Assembly (NCBI RefSeq): GCF_035285525.1 | Contig: NZ_JAYKGW010000123.1 | Location: 4,873 to 36,872 of the forward strand | DNA: 32,000 bases | Source of the DNA: Okeania sp. | GTDB taxonomy: Bacteria > Cyanobacteriota > Cyanobacteriia > Cyanobacteriales > Microcoleaceae | Direction: 5' to 3' | Shown: positions 27,519-32,000 of the stretch, piece by piece | How positions within the stretch are numbered: the first letter of the stretch is position 1 | Layout: each line of letters opens with the position of its first letter | Program-made: the position numbers and the translations under genes | Notes under the pieces: generated by a model | What the model saw: the letters and a program-made list of their open reading frames with translations, nothing else | The model's database searches: none | What the model was told of the DNA's origin: nothing

Positions 27519-27668
27519 CTAAGGTTTACCAGCAAATTTAGAAGCAGTTAAAGAACCGTCACTTTCAATAGTTATGGGTTTCCAAGCTGCACGTTTATAG
27601 GGTTGAATTTCTGGAGGAATATTAGTCATTGTATCTTGATAGAGTTCGCTGGCATCAATACGAATCAT
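27519..27668 (-). CDS. Small hypothetical ORF (49 aa), last ORF of the MITE-bracketed cassette
   Basis: My translation is MIRIDASELYQDTMTNIPPEIQPYKRAAWKPITIESDGSLTASKFAGKP*. AAGGAAG precedes the ATG by 3 nt. It is below the 60-aa cut-off of the supplied track. Confidence 0.35.
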   Translation of the reverse strand: MIRIDASELYQDTMTNIPPEIQPYKRAAWKPITIESDGSLTASKFAGKP

Positions 27669-27779
27669 TTTCTTCCTTTTGACTTTTAAATTTTGAATTC
27701 TGTAAAACGGTGTTTTGAGCTATCAAATCATAAGGCATGACTTTTGAATGCATGAATGCATGAATTCCGTGAAACGGCA

Positions 27780-28505
27780 CTATAAATCCTGATGACGAAC
27801 CCACTCAGAACGGCGATACCCCCGCTTGAGATGGGTTTTAAAGCGAACGCCACTGTTGTAAGTTTCCCGGAGAGCCTGAATAGCAGTGCGCAACTTGGGT
27901 AGTACCTCCTTAAACTGCTTAAAGGGAATCAAAATAGCAAAATAGTCGTTGTCAGACAGACGAATAATCAGCTTGAGCTTAATAGTATCGACTTCAGTGG
28001 CAAAGTCAAATTTATCTTCCTTGGCAATTTTACGCACCTGAGCCAAGATAGCTTGTATTTTCAAGTCTTTCTGTTTTTGGCGCTTGGCAGCTTGAGCTTT
28101 TTGCTGCTGAACCCGCTGCAAAAATGCCTGGGTTACAGCAACCACTTCACCAATGTCTGAAACGGCGACATCTGATCGCTGTACTCCTAAGTCTACCCAG
28201 AGCTGTTGCTCCGGAGTCCAGAACAAATGTAAATGGGTATGCTCTTGATACCAGCGATCGCTTGATTCTTCGAGGAGAAGACAACAACAGAAGTTCTCTT
28301 TGGTGGGCTGGCCTCTGCTCATTCCCCCTTGGAAATAAGTGTAACAGCAACAGTTATCATTCCGCTTGGCGCCAGGGAGATGTTCAACTCGCGCCAAGAA
28401 CTCTTCCGCCAACTCTTGGGCTTGTTCGCGGTTAACGCTGAGGGGTTTCTCCCCCGATATATTTTCCTGGAGGAACTTGTACAAAGTTCGTGATGTGATA
28501 GACAT
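27780..28505 (-). CDS. Hypothetical protein with two CCC clusters, a His-rich patch, a Gln/Lys-rich coiled-coil-like linker and a basic C-terminus; atypically G+C-rich
   Basis: 241-aa ORF. NDNCCCYTYFQGG...ENFCCCLLLEE...YQEHTHLHLFW, then QQQKAQAAKRQKQKDLKIQAILAQVRKIAKED. Codons end mostly in C or G, unlike the neighbouring genes. GCGATCGC occurs at 28254-28261. No family recognised. Confidence 0.65.
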   Translation of the reverse strand: MSITSRTLYKFLQENISGEKPLSVNREQAQELAEEFLARVEHLPGAKRNDNCCCYTYFQGGMSRGQPTKENFCCCLLLEESSDRWYQEHTHLHLFWTPEQQLWVDLGVQRSDVAVSDIGEVVAVTQAFLQRVQQQKAQAAKRQKQKDLKIQAILAQVRKIAKEDKFDFATEVDTIKLKLIIRLSDNDYFAILIPFKQFKEVLPKLRTAIQALRETYNSGVRFKTHLKRGYRRSEWVRHQDL

Positions 28506-28509
28506 AAGA

Positions 28510-28602
28510 TCAATGACCTTCTTTAGCTAACATTTGACGACAACAGAAATCACTGCCTCGCACTACTGGTTTATATTTAGATGTCCTTGGATCATAGAAC
28601 AT
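28510..28602 (-). CDS. Micro-ORF (30 aa, Cys-Cys) ending 4 nt upstream of the 241-aa ORF
   Basis: My translation is MFYDPRTSKYKPVVRGSDFCCRQMLAKEGH*. A TGA stop, then tctt, then the ATG of the next ORF. The ribosome-binding site is weak. Confidence 0.25.
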   Translation of the reverse strand: MFYDPRTSKYKPVVRGSDFCCRQMLAKEGH

Positions 28603-28665
28603 CTTTCAAACACAGTTTAGGCGCATCAATTTTTTGACGGTTATTTCAGGTAGCAAAAGTTTGGA

Positions 28666-28846
28666 TATATAGAACCCCTAACCGGATTTATAAAATTAGC
28701 TGGGGAAATTGTGGAATGGGGCTATTTTTCTACCTTTTTCCCCTCCACGGTCGGGGTTAGGGGTAGGTTGACTCCTGACTTCCTTATGCTGTCTCCTTTG
28801 CGAAAAATACGCACAGGGTGCAAAGACACGGTTAGGGCTTCTATAG
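28666..28846. mobile_element. MITE, family G, copy 2 (inverted relative to copy 1)
   Basis: tatatagaacccctaaccggatttataaaattagctggggaaattg...cacggttagggcttctatag. The ends are inverted repeats, and the interior matches the reverse complement of 27322-27491. Confidence 0.8.
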
Positions 28847-29026
28847 GGTAATTAAATCTAGATTTCATAATTATGAGTATAAAAATTTTTAAAAGTATAA
28901 CATATTTATTGAAACAAAGTCAACTAAAAAGTCCCCCTTTTAGGACGAAGCTTTAGATTCAGTTTTTCGGTAATGCCCCTAGCAGTGGGGATACTATCGC
29001 TACTCAGATGTTACTGGAGAAAATAT

Positions 29027-29577
29027 TTAACTTAACTCGTCATCAGAAATGACACCCAACTCTCGCAGTTTTGCCACCAAGCGCTCATTTAGTTTTTTAG
29101 CTTCGGTAGCCAGTTGTTCGGCCTTGATACCTCGTTGTTTAGCTACTGCTAATATAGAATCCGGTTACAAGTGTATATGTTCATAATCAGGACTTACGCA
29201 TAATGAGGGAGTTTTAGGCATTTGAGATTGCTTTTCTGAGGTCATGATCCACATTCATGTCGCGGAGCGTTAACGGGCGTTATGGGAAGCGCAGGCGACA
29301 GTGTTTTGCGCTTCGCTTGCGCTGGGAGTCGCGCCATGACAAAATTGCGTTGCTTTGCGAAAGTCCTGATACTATTAAAACTACCCTGCCACAAACCTAG
29401 ACTCAGTTCTACTTCCGGAAGCAACAAACGTCCTTCATTCAACTCTATTTTTTGGTAGCGATCGCCAGTAGCAGCAGCTATTCCAGTTGCTAAAAATGTT
29501 CGTCTATTTATTCTGAATTTTCGGGTATTTGGTTCTGAGTTTTCTGTGGTTTTTTGGTTATGGTTTGGCTCGTTCAT
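29027..29577 (-). pseudogene. Remnant of a Uma2/DUF820-like gene, split by a MITE and truncated by another
   Basis: The upstream piece (29577-29369) reads ...GDRYQKIELNEGRLLLPEVELSLGLWQGSFNS before entering the MITE at 29368. The downstream piece (about 29155-29027) reads LAVAKQRGIKAEQLATEAKKLNERLVAKLRELGVISDDELS*. From memory, both resemble the C-terminal half of cyanobacterial Uma2-family proteins. Low certainty. Confidence 0.3.
29188..29368. mobile_element. MITE, family A, 181 bp, inside the gene remnant
   Basis: caggacttacgcataatgaggg ... ttgctttgcgaaagtcctg. The tail of the 111-aa ORF in the track (IRTFAKQRNFVMARLP...) is translated from this element. Confidence 0.8.
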
Positions 29578-29588
29578 TTGTTTTAGAT

Positions 29589-29730
29589 CAGGACTTACAC
29601 GGGAGGCACTATATATAGAGTCTGGCTCAGTTACGAGATAGGCTTTTTCGTATAGGGAATGCTCCGCTTTCCATGTCGCGTAGCGTTGCGGAACGCAAAA
29701 CGCTGCAGATAGCGTCCATGGGTAAGTCCT
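29589..29730. mobile_element. MITE, family A, 142 bp
   Basis: caggacttacacgggaggcactatatatagag ... gtccatgggtaagtcct. Carries the family B core in inverted orientation (ggaatgctccgctttcc). Confidence 0.85.
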
Positions 29731-29780
29731 ATAGATATTATTTATAGAAACCTAACTGTATCTTTACCGAAAAATTAATA

Positions 29781-29960
29781 CAGGACTTACACGGGAGTCA
29801 CTATATATAGAGTCTGGCTCAGTTACGAGATAGGCTTTTTCGTATAGGGAATGCTCCGCTTTCCATGTCGCGTAGCGTTTCGGCACTTGAGCCGACATAT
29901 AAAGCGGAGCTTTGCGGAACGCAAAACGGACTCTACAGATAGCGTTAATGCGTAAGTCCT
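29781..29960. mobile_element. MITE, family A, 180 bp (29589-29730 plus a ~38-nt internal insertion)
   Basis: The first ~100 nt are nearly identical to the preceding copy. The extra segment is tcggcacttgagccgacatataaagcggagcttt. Ends aatgcgtaagtcct. Confidence 0.85.
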
Positions 29961-30170
29961 ATAATAATTAAATAATTCGCGCCTTGAAGCCTCCCCTTTC
30001 AAGGGAAAAAAATTTATTTTTTCCTTTCATTCAATCCTATCCATTTTAGGGAGAGGTAATTATCAATTATCCATTATTGAAGCACTCCTAGAAATAGCCT
30101 GTTGTTCAAGAATCTGTAACTCCTGATATAATTAATCCATCAACAAAAACACTAATAACTGATAACTAAA

Positions 30171-31529
30171 ATGACCTTACCTAATGGCCCAGCTCTCTCA
30201 CCATTACAACGAAGAATAAGGACATGGAAGTTTGTTTTTGATCCCTTATCTGCTATAGAAGAGCGATACTCTGAATATGGAGATATTTTTACAACCAATA
30301 CTAATTCCTCGTTTCCTTTGATCTATTTCTGTAACCCAAAAGCCATTCAACAAATTTTTACTGCTGACCCCGATACCTTTATTTCAGGGAGCAGTAATAG
30401 GATTTTGGGAAATTTGGTAGGTAGAAATTCTCTGCTGCTCCAAGACGGCGATCGCCACCAACGACAAAGAAAATTATTAATGCCACCTTTTCATGGCGAT
30501 CAAATGCGCAACTATGGAGACTTAATTTATAATGTTACTTCTGACGTTATGAGTCAGTGGAAAATAAATAAACCTTTTGCGATCCGTAAGTCAACCCAAG
30601 AAATATCTCTCAAAGTCATTCTTGTTACTGTATTTGGTTTAAATCAAGGACAACGTTATGAAAAACTTAGACTTCTTATGTCTGATGTTCTTGACTCTAC
30701 GAGTTCTCCTCTCAGTTCTACTTTGCTGTTCTTCAACTTCCTGCAACAAGACTTGGGTCCCTGGAGTCCGTGGGGGAGATTTTTGCGGAAAAGAGAAAAA
30801 CTCCACGACCTAGTGCTTGCAGAAATTGAAATTGCTAGAAAAGAAGGGAATCATCGTGATGATATTCTCAGTTTATTACTAGAAGCGCGTGATGAAGCAG
30901 GCGATCCCATGAGTGATGAAGAAATTAAGGATGAACTGCTAACAATGCTTTTGGCTGGTCACGAAACTACTGCATCAGCTTTAGCATGGGCATTATATTG
31001 GATTGATAAAATCCCATCAGTGCGGGAAAAGCTGAGATCAGAGTTAGGAAATGTTCGTGATAAATCGGACAAAGTTGCTATTACCAAACTTCCCTACCTC
31101 AGTGCTGTTTGTCAAGAAACTCTACGCATTTATCCCATTGCGATCAATGGTTTTCCTAGAATTGTTCAGAAACCTGTCGAAATTATGGGTTATCAACTGG
31201 AACCGGGAATGGTAGCAATAGTGCCTATTTATCTGACTCATCATCGGGAAGATATTTATCCAGAACCTAAAAAGTTTAAACCAGAACGTTTTCTGGAGAG
31301 ACAATTTTCACCTTATGAATATTTACCATTTGGAGGGGGGAGTCGTCGTTGTATAGGTTCAGCTTTTGCTTTATTTGAAATGAAATTAGTATTGGCGACT
31401 ATTTTATCACAGTATGAACTTAAATTAGTTTCCGATAAACCAATAAAACCTGTTCGGAGGGGTGTGACAATGGCGCCTCCAGCAAATATGCAGATGTTTG
31501 TAAAACATCAGATTAAGGCGATGGGGTGA
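30171..31529 (+). CDS. Cytochrome P450 monooxygenase
   Basis: 452 aa. I-helix LLAGHETT, EXXR (ETLR), PERF-like PERFL, and heme-thiolate loop FGGGSRRCIGSAFA. Confidence 0.92.
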   Translation: MTLPNGPALSPLQRRIRTWKFVFDPLSAIEERYSEYGDIFTTNTNSSFPLIYFCNPKAIQQIFTADPDTFISGSSNRILGNLVGRNSLLLQDGDRHQRQRKLLMPPFHGDQMRNYGDLIYNVTSDVMSQWKINKPFAIRKSTQEISLKVILVTVFGLNQGQRYEKLRLLMSDVLDSTSSPLSSTLLFFNFLQQDLGPWSPWGRFLRKREKLHDLVLAEIEIARKEGNHRDDILSLLLEARDEAGDPMSDEEIKDELLTMLLAGHETTASALAWALYWIDKIPSVREKLRSELGNVRDKSDKVAITKLPYLSAVCQETLRIYPIAINGFPRIVQKPVEIMGYQLEPGMVAIVPIYLTHHREDIYPEPKKFKPERFLERQFSPYEYLPFGGGSRRCIGSAFALFEMKLVLATILSQYELKLVSDKPIKPVRRGVTMAPPANMQMFVKHQIKAMG

Positions 31530-31547
31530 TAGGGTGATAGGGTGATA
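31524..31547. repeat. Tandem octamer (gggtgata x3) containing the P450 stop codon
   Basis: gggtgata gggtgata gggtgata. The TGA at 31527-31529 lies inside unit 1. Confidence 0.85.
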
Positions 31548-31621
31548 TCAAATTCGGTAGTATCGCTATAAAAAGTGCAGAGACTGGGTTGGTTTTTAAA
31601 TGCTCCACCGTATAATATAGA

Positions 31622-31768
31622 CAGGACTAAAGCCATGAACGGTATTAGTAGGGTGTGTTTTGCGTTCCGCAAAGCTCCGCTTTATATGTCGGCTCAAGCG
31701 CCGAAACGCTACGCGACATCTAAAGCGTATAACGCACAACGCACTATAGTACCTTTGCGTAAGTCCTG
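31622..31768. mobile_element. MITE, family A, 147 bp (inverted relative to 29781-29960)
   Basis: caggactaaagccatgaacgg ... acctttgcgtaagtcctg. The interior gttttgcgttccgcaaagctccgctttatatgtcggctcaagcgccga is the reverse complement of the insertion segment in 29781-29960. Both 60+ aa ORFs in the track here lie within the element. Confidence 0.85.
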
Positions 31769-31822
31769 ATAGAATCAGCATAATCGTTATACCCAAGTCC
31801 GCATGGAAAAAAGTTAAATAAT

Positions 31823-32000
31823 CAGGACTTACGCAAGGACACTATATATAGTGTTAACAAAGCTAGACGATCACTAGTTGATTTTTGATGCGATCGCCTC
31901 ATATTACTAACCCTATCTCTATCCATAAAAACTCAAATAACTGTAAATTTAATTGCTGGGTATTTGAGTTCAGATACTAGATAGTTAGATAACAATTGAT
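31823..32000. mobile_element. Left end of another IS or MITE related to 8606-9944; runs off the window
   Basis: caggacttacgcaaggacactatatatagtgttaacaaagctagacgatcactagttgatttttgatgcgatcgcctc is collinear with the first ~75 nt of the IS at 8606. Confidence 0.6.

Noticed and set aside
28124-28513. ORFs of 103, 67 and 64 aa overlapping the 241-aa ORF
   Set aside because: These are by-products of the locally high G+C content, which lowers stop-codon density. The 241-aa frame is much the longest and has a coupled upstream ORF.
28805-28830. acgcacagggtgcaaag, resembling the GEMM-I (c-di-GMP) riboswitch core ACGCACAGGGCAAA
   Set aside because: It lies inside MITE copy G2, and the equivalent position in copy G1 reads differently (cacacctttgtaaag). 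The rest of the riboswitch architecture is absent.
29470-29577. Tat-like twin-arginine motif (INRRTFLATGIAAATG) considered as the displaced N-terminus of the truncated phoX
   Set aside because: The downstream residues (GDRYQKIELNEGRLLLPEVELSLGLWQG) do not resemble PhoX and fit a Uma2-like C-terminal region better. The locus is 15 kb away from phoX. The match to a Tat motif may be fortuitous.
31575-31796. Two overlapping 64/66-aa ORFs on opposite strands
   Set aside because: Both lie inside the family A MITE at 31622-31768 and are repeat-derived.

Overview
AT-rich (roughly one-third G+C by eye) cyanobacterial chromosomal DNA. GCGATCGC (HIP1) palindromes are frequent, tandem 7-8-mers of the STRR type occur throughout, and a 4-Cys/WD40 Ser/Thr kinase is present; together these point to a filamentous heterocystous (Nostocales-like) lineage. 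Recognisable housekeeping genes are chlM, a DUF423 membrane protein, an SLH/OprB porin, ribBA, an ABC exporter, ppk1, selO and a cytochrome P450, plus a methyltransferase-like/glycosyltransferase fusion. No tRNA, rRNA or CRISPR was found. From about 8.3 kb rightwards the intergenic space is saturated with small non-coding mobile elements from several families. One family shares CAGGACTTACGCA-type termini with a 1.34-kb IS whose transposase gene has decayed. Several genes are decayed too: a phoX-like phosphatase, a ParA-like ATPase stub and a Uma2-like remnant. The observations most worth a second look are: (1) an abrupt strand-composition polarity switch at about 3.4 kb, inside an intact CDS and next to a 4 x 93-bp tandem array, which has origin-type skew polarity; (2) a G+C-rich, codon-atypical three-ORF cassette (30 aa, a 241-aa Cys-cluster protein, 49 aa) bracketed by two inverted copies of one MITE; (3) a small Rx4H (HEPN-like) protein overlapping the stop codon of the ParA stub; (4) short tandem repeats lying exactly on start and stop codons, including a heptamer array read through as a ~95-aa tail of the ABC exporter. 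All protein assignments rest on motif recognition by eye. No database search or computation was run.
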